Of a DNA stretch of 64,000 nucleotides, positions 17,619 to 27,932 are shown piece by piece. This stretch comes from Thermoplasmata archaeon (GTDB taxonomy: Archaea; Thermoplasmatota; Thermoplasmata; Lutacidiplasmatales; UBA184). Below the pieces are notes generated by a model. The model saw nothing but the letters and a program-made list of their open reading frames with translations, made no database searches and was not told where the DNA came from. The stretch covers positions 252,739 through 316,738 of the forward strand of contig JAKAWX010000001.1 in assembly GCA_021816865.1 (NCBI GenBank). Reading direction: 5' to 3'. Position 1 is the first letter of the stretch, and the number at the start of each line of letters is the position of its first letter. A program made the translations under genes and the position numbers.

Positions 17619-18617
17619 ATGGCCCGTCATCGTCCGAGGCGAGGTTCGCTCGCCTATTCGCCCCGTTCCCGGTCGGTCCGGCCGGTCCCCCGGATCCGCT
17701 CTTGGCCGGCCGGCCCGAAGCAGCCCACGATCGAGGGATTCGCCGGGTTCAAGGTCGGCATGACGCACGCCTTCATCGTGGATTACCGGAAGCGGTCGAC
17801 GACGGCCGGTCAGGAGGTCTCGGTCCCGGTCACGGTCGTGGAGGTCCCCCCGATCCGCGTGGCGGGAGCGCGCCTGTATGCCCGCAACCCCTACGGGCTG
17901 CGGGTCGTCGCGGAGGTTTGGGCGGCCGGTTCTCCGGCCGAGCTCGAGCGTCAGATCCCGACCCATCCCGCGAGCCTCCCCGATGATCTCGAGAGATTCG
18001 CCCGGGCCGACGGCGACGAGGTCCGACTGATCGTTCACACCCAACCCCAGTTCGTGACCGGCACCGGCTCCAAAACGCCCCGCATCTTCGAGCTCCGGGT
18101 CTCGGGAGAGAAGTTCGACGAGCGCCGCCAGTTCGCGCTCCAGCAGCTCGGACGCGAGCTCCCTGCGGACCAGCTGGCGCGGGAAGGGGAGTTCGTCGAC
18201 GTGGTCGGGGTCACGAAAGGGTTCGGGTTCCAGGGGCACATCCAGCGCTGGGGCGTCAAGCTCCAGCCGCGCAAGAACTCGAAGCACCGCCGCATGATCG
18301 GAACGCTCGGCCCGCACAATCCGAGCTTCGTTTCTTACCGGATCCCCCAGGCCGGCCAGCAGGGGTACCATCGCCGGACCCAGTTCAACATGCGGGTCCT
18401 CAAGATCGTCCCCGACCCGAGGGCGGACCCGATCACGCCGTCGGGCGGGTTCCCGCACTACGGCGAGGTCCGCAGCGCCTGCATCGTCCTCCACGGGTCG
18501 CTTCCGGGGCCTGCGAAGCGCCTGCTGAGGTTCCGTTCGCCGATCCGCAGCCGTGTCGCGACCGTCGAGAAGGTCGACCTCCGGTACTTCAGTACCCGGT
18601 CGAAGCAGGGAGCATGA
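17619..18617 (+). CDS. rpl3: 50S ribosomal protein L3
   Basis: RPRRGSLAYSPR, GFKVGMTH and GQQGYHRRT. Confidence 0.97.
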   Translation: MARHRPRRGSLAYSPRSRSVRPVPRIRSWPAGPKQPTIEGFAGFKVGMTHAFIVDYRKRSTTAGQEVSVPVTVVEVPPIRVAGARLYARNPYGLRVVAEVWAAGSPAELERQIPTHPASLPDDLERFARADGDEVRLIVHTQPQFVTGTGSKTPRIFELRVSGEKFDERRQFALQQLGRELPADQLAREGEFVDVVGVTKGFGFQGHIQRWGVKLQPRKNSKHRRMIGTLGPHNPSFVSYRIPQAGQQGYHRRTQFNMRVLKIVPDPRADPITPSGGFPHYGEVRSACIVLHGSLPGPAKRLLRFRSPIRSRVATVEKVDLRYFSTRSKQGA

Positions 18618-19450
18618 CGTCGACCCCCGCTCCGAAGGACGCCCCGCCCGTGGCCGAGGGGCACACCCCCCACCACCGGGTCCACCTCCTCGGGCTGGAC
18701 GGGAAGCAGACCGCGATCGTTGCCCTTCCGCTCGCGTTCTCCCAGCCCGTCCGACCGGACCTGATCCACCGGGCGGTCGTGGCGTCCCAGTCGAACCGCC
18801 GCCAACCGTATGGCACCAGCCCTACCGCCGGCCTTCGCCACTCGGTCGAGTGGTCCGGTAAGGGTCGCGGCGTCGCGCGGACGCCCCGCTTGATGGAATC
18901 GATGCGTGGGGCTCAGTCCCCCAACACGGTCGGCGGCCGGCCGGCGCACCCGCCCCGGGTCGACCGGATCTGGACGAAGAAGATCAATCGCAAGGAGCGC
19001 CGGCTCGCGTTCGCCTCGGCGCTCGCCGCGACGCGCGAGTCGAAGCTCGCCACCGCCCGGGGCCACGCGGTACCGCACGGCCTCCACCTGCCGGTCGTCC
19101 TCGACGACGGGGCCGAGGAGATCTCCTCCGCGGCCGACGCGCGCGTCCTTCTCGAGCACCTCAAGCTGTGGCCGGACATCGAGCGCGCCCGGAACGCGAC
19201 CCACCTCCACCGGTCGGGACGCGCCCGGCGACGCGGTCGGGTCCGTCGGACGCCGAGGAGCCTTTTGTTCGTCACGAGCGCCCCGAACAAGGCACTCGGG
19301 TTCCGCAACCTCGCGGGGGTCGAGATCGTCTCCGCCGGGCGGCTCGACACCGAGGACCTTGCCCCCGGGGGCACGGCCGGCCGTCTCACGCTCTTCTCCC
19401 GCGGCGCGGTCGAGTCGCTGCGCTCCCGACTCGGGGAGGCGGCCCCGTGA
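18614..19450 (+). CDS. rpl4: 50S ribosomal protein L4
   Basis: VRPDLIHRAV, KKINRKERR and LAPGGTAGRLT. Confidence 0.96.
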   Translation: MTSTPAPKDAPPVAEGHTPHHRVHLLGLDGKQTAIVALPLAFSQPVRPDLIHRAVVASQSNRRQPYGTSPTAGLRHSVEWSGKGRGVARTPRLMESMRGAQSPNTVGGRPAHPPRVDRIWTKKINRKERRLAFASALAATRESKLATARGHAVPHGLHLPVVLDDGAEEISSAADARVLLEHLKLWPDIERARNATHLHRSGRARRRGRVRRTPRSLLFVTSAPNKALGFRNLAGVEIVSAGRLDTEDLAPGGTAGRLTLFSRGAVESLRSRLGEAAP

Positions 19451-19713
19451 CGCCCTCGCTCCGGCACCGCATCATCCTTCATGCCTACGTGACCGAGAAG
19501 TCGATGGACGAGATGGAGCGGCAGAACAAGCTCGAGTTCGTCGTCGACCACCGGGCGACGCGGGCGCAGATCAAGTCCGCCGTCGAAGGGCTCTACCAGT
19601 GCAAGGTCCAGAAGATCACGACGAAGATCGTCCGCTCGGGAAAGATCGCCACCGTTCGCCTCGCGAAGGAGTTCTCGGCGGAGGACATCGGTAGCCGCGC
19701 CGGGGTGTTCTGA
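19447..19713 (+). CDS. rpl23: 50S ribosomal protein L23
   Basis: VTEKSM...NKLEFVV; gene order; GTG start. Confidence 0.93.
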   Translation: MTPSLRHRIILHAYVTEKSMDEMERQNKLEFVVDHRATRAQIKSAVEGLYQCKVQKITTKIVRSGKIATVRLAKEFSAEDIGSRAGVF

Positions 19714-20438
19714 TGGGAAAACGCATCATCTCCCGGCGCCGCGGAAGCGGGACCGGCACGTATCGGTCCCCGAGCCACCGACACCACGGACCGATCTACC
19801 ACCCCGCCCCCAGTGTGGTCGGGGAGGGGAAGGTCGTCTCGATCGACCCGGCCCCGGGCCGCACCGCCCCGGTCGCCGAGATCGTCGTGTCCGACGGGAC
19901 GACGATCCGCACGCTCGCCGCGGCGGGGCTCGCGACCGGCGACTCGGTGGCGTTCCAGGAAGGCAAGGTCGACCGGGGGTCGATCCTCCCGCTCGCCCAC
20001 ATCCCCGACGGAACGCTCGTCTCGAACGTCGAGGTCAAGCCGTTCGACGGGGGTCGGCTCGTCCGCTCGGCCGGAACGAGCGCGCTCGTGGTCGCGCACA
20101 CGGGGACCGAGGTCACGATCCAGCTCCCTTCGGGGACGTTCAAGCAGTTCCTCGCAACCTGCCGGGCGCAGGTCGGCGCCGTCGGAGGCAGCGGCCGCAA
20201 GGAGCGCCCGATCGTCAAGGCCGGCAAGAAGGTCTGGTCGACGCGCTCCCTCGCGCGCGCCGCCTTCCACGTGCGCGGCGTCGCGATGAACCCCGTGAAC
20301 CACCCGTTCGGCGGCGGAGCCCACCAGCACGTCGGCCGTCCGAGCACCGTCTCGAGCGGAACGTGGCCCGGCGCGAAGGTCGGGCGATTCTCGCGCTCGA
20401 ACCGCAAGAAGCGCATGAAGCGGCGAGGGGGTGCCTGA
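19713..20438 (+). CDS. rpl2: 50S ribosomal protein L2
   Basis: VRGVAMNPVNHPFGGG. Confidence 0.97.
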   Translation: MGKRIISRRRGSGTGTYRSPSHRHHGPIYHPAPSVVGEGKVVSIDPAPGRTAPVAEIVVSDGTTIRTLAAAGLATGDSVAFQEGKVDRGSILPLAHIPDGTLVSNVEVKPFDGGRLVRSAGTSALVVAHTGTEVTIQLPSGTFKQFLATCRAQVGAVGGSGRKERPIVKAGKKVWSTRSLARAAFHVRGVAMNPVNHPFGGGAHQHVGRPSTVSSGTWPGAKVGRFSRSNRKKRMKRRGGA

Positions 20439-20440
20439 CG

Positions 20441-20866
20441 ATGGCGAAGGCACGGAAGGCGAAGAAGGTCGAGGCCCGCCGGAAGCGGGAGTTCACCTAC
20501 CGGGGCCGCACCCTCCCCGAGCTGCAGGCAATGAGCCTCGAGGAGCTCGCCAAGATCCTCTCCTCCCGTGCCCGCCGGTCGATCCGGCGCGGGTTCAACG
20601 TCGAGACCACGCAGTTCTTCGAGCGCCTCGCGACGACCCCGACGGAGAAGGTCCTGCGGACCCACTGCCGGGACGCGCTCATCCTGCCCCAGCACGTCGG
20701 TCGCCGGGTGGCGGTCCACAACGGCCGGGCGTTCAGCGAGGTCGAGGTCCGCGCCGAGATGATCGGCCACTACTACGGCGAGTTCGCGCTGACCCGCAAG
20801 TTCGAGAAGCACTCGGGGCCGGGCGTCGGCGCTACGCGCTCGTCGAAGTTCATGCCGCTCAAGTGA
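20441..20866 (+). CDS. rps19: 30S ribosomal protein S19
   Basis: EFTYRG, EMIGHYYGEF and GATRSSKFMPLK. Confidence 0.96.
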   Translation: MAKARKAKKVEARRKREFTYRGRTLPELQAMSLEELAKILSSRARRSIRRGFNVETTQFFERLATTPTEKVLRTHCRDALILPQHVGRRVAVHNGRAFSEVEVRAEMIGHYYGEFALTRKFEKHSGPGVGATRSSKFMPLK

Positions 20867-20879
20867 GGGGGGCCGGTCG

Positions 20880-21338
20880 ATGCGGGGATACACCTATCGG
20901 GACGAGCCGGGCGTGAACGTCGCCCGCGCCCGGGGCATCGAGATCCCGATGTCCCCGAAGAAGACCTACGAGATCCTCAATGCGATCCGAGGGCTCCCGG
21001 TCGACCGGGCGCGCACGATCCTCGAGGAGGCGATCGCCCTCCGACGGGCCATCCCGTTCCGTCGGTACAATCAGGAGACCGCGCACCACCGCGGCACGGG
21101 CCCGGGTCGGTTTGCCATCAAGGTCGCGAAGAACGTCCTCGCGGTCCTCGAGAACGCGGAAGAGAACGCGGAGTACGAGGGCTTGGACGCCGACCGCCTC
21201 TTCGTCAAGGTCGCCGCGAGCGCGCGGGGCCGCATCCGGCCGGCGTCGATGCCCCGCGCCCACGGACGGGCCACGGAGTGGAACGAGCAGACGACGAACG
21301 TCGAGATCGTCCTCGCCGAGCGTGCGGAGGCCGCATGA
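20880..21338 (+). CDS. rpl22: 50S ribosomal protein L22
   Basis: SPKKTYEI, NAEENAEY and MPRAHGRAT. Confidence 0.96.
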   Translation: MRGYTYRDEPGVNVARARGIEIPMSPKKTYEILNAIRGLPVDRARTILEEAIALRRAIPFRRYNQETAHHRGTGPGRFAIKVAKNVLAVLENAEENAEYEGLDADRLFVKVAASARGRIRPASMPRAHGRATEWNEQTTNVEIVLAERAEAA

Positions 21339-22021
21339 GCGCCGAGCGCAAGGTCATCCAGGAACAGATGCGGCGCGTCCTCCTCAAGGACTACCTTGTC
21401 CAGGAGAGCGCCCGGGCCGGCTTCGGGGGCCTCGAGATCACCCGGACGCCGATGGGCACTCGGGTCACGCTCGTCTGCGAACGACCCGGGATCCTGATCG
21501 GCCACCGGGGCGAGCTCATCAAGCGGCTCACCCAGGACATCCACGAACGCTTCCAGCTCGACAACCCCCAGATCGAGGTCCAGGAGGAGCGCCAGCCGAG
21601 CCTGAACGCGCAGCTGATGAGCGAGAAGCTCGCCTCCACGCTGGAACGAGGCTGGCACTTCCGGCGCGCGGGCCACTCGACCGTCCGTCGGATCATGGAG
21701 GCCGGCGCACGCGGGTGTCAGGTGATCCTCTCGGGGAAGCTCACCGGGGAACGCCACCGCACGGAGCGGTTCAAGGCCGGCACGATCAAGTACTGCGGCG
21801 AAGCGGTCCACCTCTGGATCGACAAGGGATTCTACCAGGCCCGGCTCAAGCCCGGGGTCATCGGCGTCAACGTCTGGATCATGCGCCCCTCGGCAAAGCT
21901 CCCGGACGAGATCGTCGTGAAGGGCGTCGAGAGCCGTCCCAAGGTCCCGGTGATCGAACTTCCACCGGTCGAGGAAGGACCGGTCCCCACGGAGCCGGTC
22001 ATCGCCCCGGAGGCTCCGTGA
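21335..22021 (+). CDS. rps3: 30S ribosomal protein S3
   Basis: RPGILIG and LERGWHFRRAG. Confidence 0.96.
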   Translation: MSAERKVIQEQMRRVLLKDYLVQESARAGFGGLEITRTPMGTRVTLVCERPGILIGHRGELIKRLTQDIHERFQLDNPQIEVQEERQPSLNAQLMSEKLASTLERGWHFRRAGHSTVRRIMEAGARGCQVILSGKLTGERHRTERFKAGTIKYCGEAVHLWIDKGFYQARLKPGVIGVNVWIMRPSAKLPDEIVVKGVESRPKVPVIELPPVEEGPVPTEPVIAPEAP

Positions 22022-22242
22022 CGCTCCTCCGGATGAAGGACCTGCGGGCCCTCACCGAGGACGAGCTCCACCGCCGCATCTCCGAAGCCGAGAACGACCT
22101 TCTGCGCGAGCGTGGGGTCGCGGCGATGGGCGGCGCGCCGCCGAGCCCGGGCCGTATGCGGGCGCTCCGCACGAACGTCGCCCGTGCCCTCACGGTCCTG
22201 AGCGAACGCTCGCTCCTTGCCCAGGAGGGCCGCCGTCGATAG
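22018..22242 (+). CDS. rpl29: 50S ribosomal protein L29
   Basis: LRMKDLR...PGRMRALRTNVARALT; GTG start. Confidence 0.93.
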   Translation: MTLLRMKDLRALTEDELHRRISEAENDLLRERGVAAMGGAPPSPGRMRALRTNVARALTVLSERSLLAQEGRRR

Positions 22243-22261
22243 GGGGCGCCGAGGTGAGCCG

Positions 22262-22585
22262 ATGCCGAAGAGAACCAACGCCGTCAACTCCCTCTCCCGC
22301 GTCGAGCGCGAAGGGCTCGCCGGGGAGCTGGTCGGCGCGTCGATCGTCGTCACGTCGTCCCCGGGGCTCTACGCCCCGATCACCGGGACGATCGTCGACG
22401 AGTCGCTCGCGACCTTCTCGGTGCGGCTCCCCGGACGGGCCCGGGTCCGCGTGCTGCCGAAGGCCGGCCTCGAGGGCCGGATCGCCCTGCCTTTGGGAGA
22501 GTTACCGTTAAGAGGCGACGCCCTTCGCGTGCGTCCCGAGGACCGCACGAAGCGTCTGCTCGCCGGTCCCCGGAGGTTACGATGA
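22262..22585 (+). CDS. rnp1: RNase P protein component 1 (Rpp29/Pop4)
   Basis: ELVG, GTIVDES and RPEDRTK; canonical position before rps17. Confidence 0.85.
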   Translation: MPKRTNAVNSLSRVEREGLAGELVGASIVVTSSPGLYAPITGTIVDESLATFSVRLPGRARVRVLPKAGLEGRIALPLGELPLRGDALRVRPEDRTKRLLAGPRRLR

Positions 22586-23007
22586 GTCCCACCCGTCCGT
22601 CCGCGAATCGCCGGGCCCGGGACATCGGTCTCGACGTTCGGGCCCCGAAGACGCGGTGCGACGACGCCCACTGCCCGTTCCACGGCCACCTGTCACTGCG
22701 CGGCCAGGTGATCGAAGGAACCGTCGTCTCGACCTCGATGCAACGGACCGCGGTCGTCGAGCGCACGCTCCTTCACTACGTCCCCAAGTACGAACGCTAC
22801 GAGAAGCGGCGCCGTCGCTACCTCGTTCACGCGCCGCCGTGCCTGGGAGTACCGGTCGGCCACCGCGTACGGATCGCCGAGACCCGACCGCTCTCGAAGT
22901 TCGTCTCGTTCTGCATCGTCGAACTCCTCGGCGAGGCCGGGTTCAAGGCCCGCGGCGAGGAAGAGCCCGCCCGTGCGAAGGACGACGCGCCGGAGGCGTC
23001 CGCATGA
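22582..23007 (+). CDS. rps17: 30S ribosomal protein S17
   Basis: [11 protein letters not shown] and ETRPLSK. Confidence 0.96.
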   Translation: MSPTRPSANRRARDIGLDVRAPKTRCDDAHCPFHGHLSLRGQVIEGTVVSTSMQRTAVVERTLLHYVPKYERYEKRRRRYLVHAPPCLGVPVGHRVRIAETRPLSKFVSFCIVELLGEAGFKARGEEEPARAKDDAPEASA

Positions 23008-23402
23008 AGGGGCTCGCGGGCCGGCGGGGGCGAGGGCTTCCGAAGGGCGCCCGGCTCGACTGCGTCGACAACACCGGCGCGAAGGTCGTCGAGATCATCG
23101 CCGTTCGCAACTGGCACGGAACCCATCGGCGCTATCCGCGCGCCGGTATCGCGGACCTCGTGATCGTGTCGGTGAAGAAGGGGACCCCCGAAATGCGCCG
23201 GCAGGTGCTCCACGCCGTCATTGTGCGCGCCCGCGCCCCGATGCGCCGGCCCGACGGCACCCGACTGCAGTTCGAGGACAACGCCGCGGTCATCACGACC
23301 GAGACCGGCGAGATCAAAGGCTCCCAGATCAAAGGCCCGGTGGCGAAGGAGGCCGCCGAGCGGTGGCCCCGCATCGCCGCGGCGTCGTCGATCATCCTCT
23401 AG
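23004..23402 (+). CDS. rpl14: 50S ribosomal protein L14
   Basis: DNTGAK, FEDNAAV and [13 protein letters not shown]. Confidence 0.97.
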   Translation: MKGLAGRRGRGLPKGARLDCVDNTGAKVVEIIAVRNWHGTHRRYPRAGIADLVIVSVKKGTPEMRRQVLHAVIVRARAPMRRPDGTRLQFEDNAAVITTETGEIKGSQIKGPVAKEAAERWPRIAAASSIIL

Positions 23403-23413
23403 GAGGAGGCGTC

Positions 23414-23983
23414 GTGCGAGATTCTCCCCGGTCCCCGAGGCGGCAGCGGAAGGCCCTCTACACGGCCGACACGTTCGAACGCCGACGGCGCATGGCCGTC
23501 CCGCTCTCCCGCGAGCTGCGGGGTCGCTTCCACCGCCGCGCCGTCCCCGTCCGCAAGGGCGACACGGTGCGCGTGCTGTCGGGAAGCTTCGTGGGACGGG
23601 AGGAGCGCGTCGCCCGCGTCGATCGGCGCACCTACTCCCTTACGCTCGACAACGTCACGTTGAAGGCCGCGGACGAGAAGATGAAGCCCCTCCCGATCCG
23701 CCCGGCGCACCTCGTGATCACCCGGCTCAACCTCTCCGACCCCTGGCGCCGCCGTGCGCTCAAGGTCCGGGACGAGGACGTCAGCGCGGAGGAGCGCGGA
23801 GTGGCTCCCGAGCCGGAGACCGTGCCCCCCGAGGTCGCGACCGAGGCTCCGGCGCCCGAGCCGGAGGAGGAGGTCGCGAAGGAGGAGGGATCCCCCGCGA
23901 CCGAGCCGACACCTCCCCCCGCGCCCCGGAACCGCCGGCGGGCCAAGGCCACCCCGGCGACCTCGGAGGAGGAGACCCCGTGA
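23414..23983 (+). CDS. rpl24: 50S ribosomal protein L24 with a long acidic C-terminal tail
   Basis: PRRQRK and VRKGDTVRVLSG (KOW); SD GGAGG upstream. Confidence 0.94.
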   Translation: MRDSPRSPRRQRKALYTADTFERRRRMAVPLSRELRGRFHRRAVPVRKGDTVRVLSGSFVGREERVARVDRRTYSLTLDNVTLKAADEKMKPLPIRPAHLVITRLNLSDPWRRRALKVRDEDVSAEERGVAPEPETVPPEVATEAPAPEPEEEVAKEEGSPATEPTPPPAPRNRRRAKATPATSEEETP

Positions 23984-24696
23984 CGTTCCGCCTGAAGCGC
24001 CGCGCGGCCCCGCGCACCTGGACGATCCCCCGCAAGGGAACGAAGTGGCTGAAGCGCCCGGGGCCCGGTCCGCACGCCCAGGACCAGTCGATGCCGCTCC
24101 TACTCGTCCTGAGGGACGTCCGAAAGATCGTCGCGAGCGCGCGCGAGGCCCGGGTGCTCCTTCGTTCGGGCGCGGTCAAGGTCGACGGCAAGGTCGCGAA
24201 AGACCTCGATCGCGGCATCGGGCTCATGGACACGGTCACGTTCGCGCCTCCCCTCGACACGCACTATCGGATGGTCAAGAACCGCCGCGGGAAGCTCGCG
24301 CTCGTCCCGATCCCGTCGGGCGAGGCGGCCACGAAGCTCGGCCGGGTCCGCTTCAAGCACACGACCCGGGGCGGGAAGCTCGAGGTCACGCTCCACGACG
24401 GGCGCAACCTCCTCGTGCCCGCCACCAGCCCGTACCGCGTCGGCGACTCGCTCAAGCTGAGCGTCCCCGACCAGAAGGTCGTCGAGCACCTCAAGCTCGC
24501 GCCCGGAGCGCTCGCCTTCGTATCGGGAGGGACGCACGTCGGCGAGATCGCGCGCGTCGAGCGGGTCGAGGTCCGGAATTCCTCCCAGCCGAACCTGGTC
24601 CACTTCAAGGAAGGGTTCTCGACGATCAAGGAGTACGTCTTCGTGGTCGGCGGGACCGCCCCCGAGGTCACGATCAGCGAGGGGGTCGACCGATGA
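23980..24696 (+). CDS. rps4e: 30S ribosomal protein S4e
   Basis: LKRRAAPRTW, PGPH and LHDGRN. Confidence 0.96.
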   Translation: MTFRLKRRAAPRTWTIPRKGTKWLKRPGPGPHAQDQSMPLLLVLRDVRKIVASAREARVLLRSGAVKVDGKVAKDLDRGIGLMDTVTFAPPLDTHYRMVKNRRGKLALVPIPSGEAATKLGRVRFKHTTRGGKLEVTLHDGRNLLVPATSPYRVGDSLKLSVPDQKVVEHLKLAPGALAFVSGGTHVGEIARVERVEVRNSSQPNLVHFKEGFSTIKEYVFVVGGTAPEVTISEGVDR

Positions 24697-25253
24697 GCGC
24701 TCCCCCCGCCGCGCTCCCCTCCGCGCCGGCCGCCTCCGAGACGGCGAACCCCCTGCGCACCGTCCGCGTGATCAAGGTCGTCGTTAACGCCGGGGTCGGG
24801 GAGTCCGGCGAGGCGCGGACGAAGGCGGCCCGCGTGCTCCAGATGGTCACCCATCAGAAGCCGGTCGCGACCCGCGCGCGCTCGACGAACCGGGACTTCG
24901 GGATCCGCAAGGGCCAAGAGATCGGGGCGAAGGTCACGCTCCGCGGCTCCCCCGCCCTCGACTTCCTCACCCGCGCGTTCGACGCCCGGGACAAGCAGCT
25001 CGATACCGATTCGATCGACCGGAACGGCAACTTCTCGTTCGGGATCGGGGACTACACCGACTTCTCGGGAATGAAGTACGACCCCCAGATCGGGATCCAC
25101 GGCATGGACATCGCGGTCGAGATGGGCCGCGCCGGATTCCGGATCCGCCAGCGCCGCGTCTGCTCCCGACCGCTCCCGAAGTCGCTCCGGTCGACGCGGG
25201 ACGACACACGGACGTTTCTCCAGCGGGTGCTGGGCGTCACGCTCCTGGAGTGA
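24693..25253 (+). CDS. rpl5: 50S ribosomal protein L5
   Basis: [19 protein letters not shown] and [11 protein letters not shown]. Confidence 0.96.
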   Translation: MSAPPAALPSAPAASETANPLRTVRVIKVVVNAGVGESGEARTKAARVLQMVTHQKPVATRARSTNRDFGIRKGQEIGAKVTLRGSPALDFLTRAFDARDKQLDTDSIDRNGNFSFGIGDYTDFSGMKYDPQIGIHGMDIAVEMGRAGFRIRQRRVCSRPLPKSLRSTRDDTRTFLQRVLGVTLLE

Positions 25254-25257
25254 GCCG

Positions 25258-25404
25258 ATGAAACCGAAGAAGCTGTTCGGACGGAAGGTCGGCTGCCTGC
25301 GCTGCGACCGCAAGCGCGGGATCGTCCGGCGGTACGGCCTCCATCTCTGCCGGCAGTGCTTCCGCGAGGTCGCGACGGACCTCGGGTTCCGCAAGTACCA
25401 GTGA
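25258..25404 (+). CDS. rps14: 30S ribosomal protein S14, Zn-binding type (not in the ORF track)
   Basis: [48 protein letters not shown]. Confidence 0.95.
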   Translation: MKPKKLFGRKVGCLRCDRKRGIVRRYGLHLCRQCFREVATDLGFRKYQ

Positions 25405-25417
25405 AACGGGGACGACG

Positions 25418-25807
25418 ATGCAACAGGACCTTCTCAACGACGCTCTCGTCACCCTCCGCCACGCCGACCGCGACGGCCGTCCGCACGCCGAGATCGCACC
25501 GACCTCGAAGCTGATCGCCGAGGTGCTGCGTCTCTTTCGCGAGCACCGCTACATCGAGGAGTTCACGTTCGTGCCCACGGGCCGGGGCGGAAAATACGAC
25601 GTGACGCTCTCCCGGCGGATCAACGCGTGCGGGGTCATCAAGCCCCGGATCTCCGTCTCGCACGAATCGCTCGAACGGTACGAGTCCCGTTACCTTCCCG
25701 CGCAGGACTTCGGCATCCTGGTCCTCTCCACGAACCGTGGCCTGCTCTCGCACCAAAAGGCGCGCGAGATGAAGATCGGAGGTCGGCTGCTCGCCTATGT
25801 CTACTGA
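25418..25807 (+). CDS. rps8: 30S ribosomal protein S8
   Basis: INACGVIKPR, LSTNRG and GGRLLAYVY. Confidence 0.96.
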   Translation: MQQDLLNDALVTLRHADRDGRPHAEIAPTSKLIAEVLRLFREHRYIEEFTFVPTGRGGKYDVTLSRRINACGVIKPRISVSHESLERYESRYLPAQDFGILVLSTNRGLLSHQKAREMKIGGRLLAYVY

Positions 25808-26360
25808 CGCCGACCTGAGCCGGGCCGTGGTCGCCCTGCCGAAAGGGTTCTCCGTTTCGCTCACGGGCCGACGCCTCGACGCGAAGGGCCCGCTCGGCTC
25901 GGTCGCCCGGCCGTTCCCTTCGGACGTGATCCGGCTCACGGTCACCGGCGGCACCGCGACGCTCGAGATCCTCCTGCCCCCGAACCGCAAGCGCTCGCAG
26001 TCGCTCCTCAAGACGTGGGCCGCCCACCTGAGGAACCTCGCGGGCGGACTCACCTGGGGGGTCGAGGCCCGCATGAAGGTCGTGGCCGCGCACTTCCCGA
26101 TGAAGGTCCAGGTCCGCGGCGAGGAGGTCGTGATCGAGAACTTCCTCGGCGAGAAGTTCCCCCGCTCCACCCGTCTCGTCCCGGGCACCAAGGCCCTGGT
26201 CGAGGGCGACATCGTGACCCTCTCCGGCCACGATGTCGAGCAGGTCGGGCAGAGCGCGGCGAACATCGAACGCGCGACCCGGATCCGGGACTACGATCCG
26301 CGGGTCTTCCAGGACGGCATCTACCTCATCGAGCGGGCCCACGTGAGGGAGGCGAGCTGA
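25797..26360 (+). CDS. rpl6: 50S ribosomal protein L6
   Basis: AHFPM, NFLGEK and DPRVFQDGIY. Confidence 0.96.
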   Translation: MSTDADLSRAVVALPKGFSVSLTGRRLDAKGPLGSVARPFPSDVIRLTVTGGTATLEILLPPNRKRSQSLLKTWAAHLRNLAGGLTWGVEARMKVVAAHFPMKVQVRGEEVVIENFLGEKFPRSTRLVPGTKALVEGDIVTLSGHDVEQVGQSAANIERATRIRDYDPRVFQDGIYLIERAHVREAS

Positions 26361-26941
26361 TGGCGCCGGACCCCGAGGGGACGGCCCCCGAGGCACCGAC
26401 CCCGCCGGCGTCCGCCGAGAAGAAGCGACCCCGGCGCGCCCGCGCGCCCCCGCCCGACTCGAAGCCCGCCCCGGCCGAGCCGGCCGCAAAGGCCGACGAG
26501 CCGACGGCCCCGCGGAGCCCGAAGCGAGCCGAACTGACGGACGACCTGAGGACGCTCCTCGGGACCCGACGGACCCTCGATGGGAAGCGCCCCGTCTTTG
26601 GGCGCCAGGCCGCGAACCGCTACTTCCGGATCGGGCGCGACGGGGCCTGGCGCAGCCCTCGCGGCCTTCAGTCGAAGCAGCGGCGCCACTACGGATACCG
26701 GGCCAAGATCGTCCGCATCGGGTACCGGTCACCGGCGCGCGTCCGAGGGCTCGTACCGAGCGGGTTCCGCCCGGTGCTGGTCCGAACCTCGAGCGACCTC
26801 GAAGGGCTCGACGCCCGCACGCAGGCCGCCGTGATCGCCCGGACGATCGGCACGCGTCGCCGGGTCGTGCTCGAGGAAGAGGCCCGCAAACTGGGCGTCC
26901 GCGTGCTCAATCCGATCGTGTCGGGCGAAGGGGAGGAGTAG
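26360..26941 (+). CDS. rpl32e: 50S ribosomal protein L32e with an N-terminal extension
   Basis: WRSPRGLQSKQR and GYRSPARVRGL. Confidence 0.93.
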   Translation: MAPDPEGTAPEAPTPPASAEKKRPRRARAPPPDSKPAPAEPAAKADEPTAPRSPKRAELTDDLRTLLGTRRTLDGKRPVFGRQAANRYFRIGRDGAWRSPRGLQSKQRRHYGYRAKIVRIGYRSPARVRGLVPSGFRPVLVRTSSDLEGLDARTQAAVIARTIGTRRRVVLEEEARKLGVRVLNPIVSGEGEE

Positions 26942-26946
26942 GACCG

Positions 26947-27408
26947 ATGCCCGACCTCTCCAACCAGCGGCGCCTCGCGGCCGCATTGCTGAAGTGCGGC
27001 GAGGGCCGGGTCTGGATCGACCCTTCCAGCCAAGAGGAGCTCGCGGACTCGGTCACGCGGACCGACATCCGGGGAGCGATCAAGGCCGGCGTCATCCGGC
27101 GGCTGCCGGCGAAGGGGACCTCTCGCGGCCGCGCCCGCCGGCACGCCGCGGAAGTGAAGAAGGGGCGACACTCGGGGCCGGGATCCCGCCGCGGCACCCC
27201 GAGCGCCCGTCTGCCCCGCAAGGACCGGTGGATGCGCCGCATCCGGGCCCAGCGCGACCTATTGCAGGACCTTCGCAAGACCGGCAAGATCCCCGCGGCC
27301 GCCTACCGCGAGTTCTACCGTCGGGCCAAGGGCGGGATGTTCCGCAGCCGCGAGCACCTGCTCGTCAACCTGCGTCTGGCGGGCCACCTGGGGGAGGGGG
27401 CGAAATGA
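26947..27408 (+). CDS. rpl19e: 50S ribosomal protein L19e
   Basis: QRRLAA, RVWIDP and YRRAKGGMF. Confidence 0.96.
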   Translation: MPDLSNQRRLAAALLKCGEGRVWIDPSSQEELADSVTRTDIRGAIKAGVIRRLPAKGTSRGRARRHAAEVKKGRHSGPGSRRGTPSARLPRKDRWMRRIRAQRDLLQDLRKTGKIPAAAYREFYRRAKGGMFRSREHLLVNLRLAGHLGEGAK

Positions 27409-27932
27409 GCACGGGACCGAGGTATCGCGTTCACTTCCGGCGTCGCCGCGAAGGCAAGACCGACTACCGGGTCCGGCTTCGTTTGCTCAAGTCGGGAACG
27501 CCGCGGGCGGTCGTCCGCTTCTCCGACCGTGTCGTGCGCGTTTCGATCGTGACGTTCGACCCGGTCGGCGACCGCGTGGTCGCCGCCGCGGACAGCCGCG
27601 AGCTGGGAGCGATCGCCTTTCCGCCCTCGAGCCTCGCGTCCACGCCCGCCGCGTACCTGACCGCGTACTTGGCCGGCCTCCGGGCGAAGGCCTCCGGCAC
27701 GGAGACCGCGGTCCTCGACGCGGGCCTGCGTCACCCGACCGTCGGGGGACGACTGTCCGCGGCGCTCAAGGGTCTCCTCGATGCGGGCGTCGAGATCCCG
27801 CACGGCGAGAAGGGCTTCCCGACGGCCGACCGGTTGAACGGGACGCACCTCGCCAAGCCCCTCCCGGAGCCGGTCGAGGCGTACAAGCTAAAGTTGCCGG
27901 CCCTTGCGGTCCGGCCGGAGGCTTCCGCATGA
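27405..27932 (+). CDS. rpl18: 50S ribosomal protein L18
   Basis: RRRREGKTDY, TPAAYLT and DAGVEIPH. Confidence 0.95.
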   Translation: MSTGPRYRVHFRRRREGKTDYRVRLRLLKSGTPRAVVRFSDRVVRVSIVTFDPVGDRVVAAADSRELGAIAFPPSSLASTPAAYLTAYLAGLRAKASGTETAVLDAGLRHPTVGGRLSAALKGLLDAGVEIPHGEKGFPTADRLNGTHLAKPLPEPVEAYKLKLPALAVRPEASA

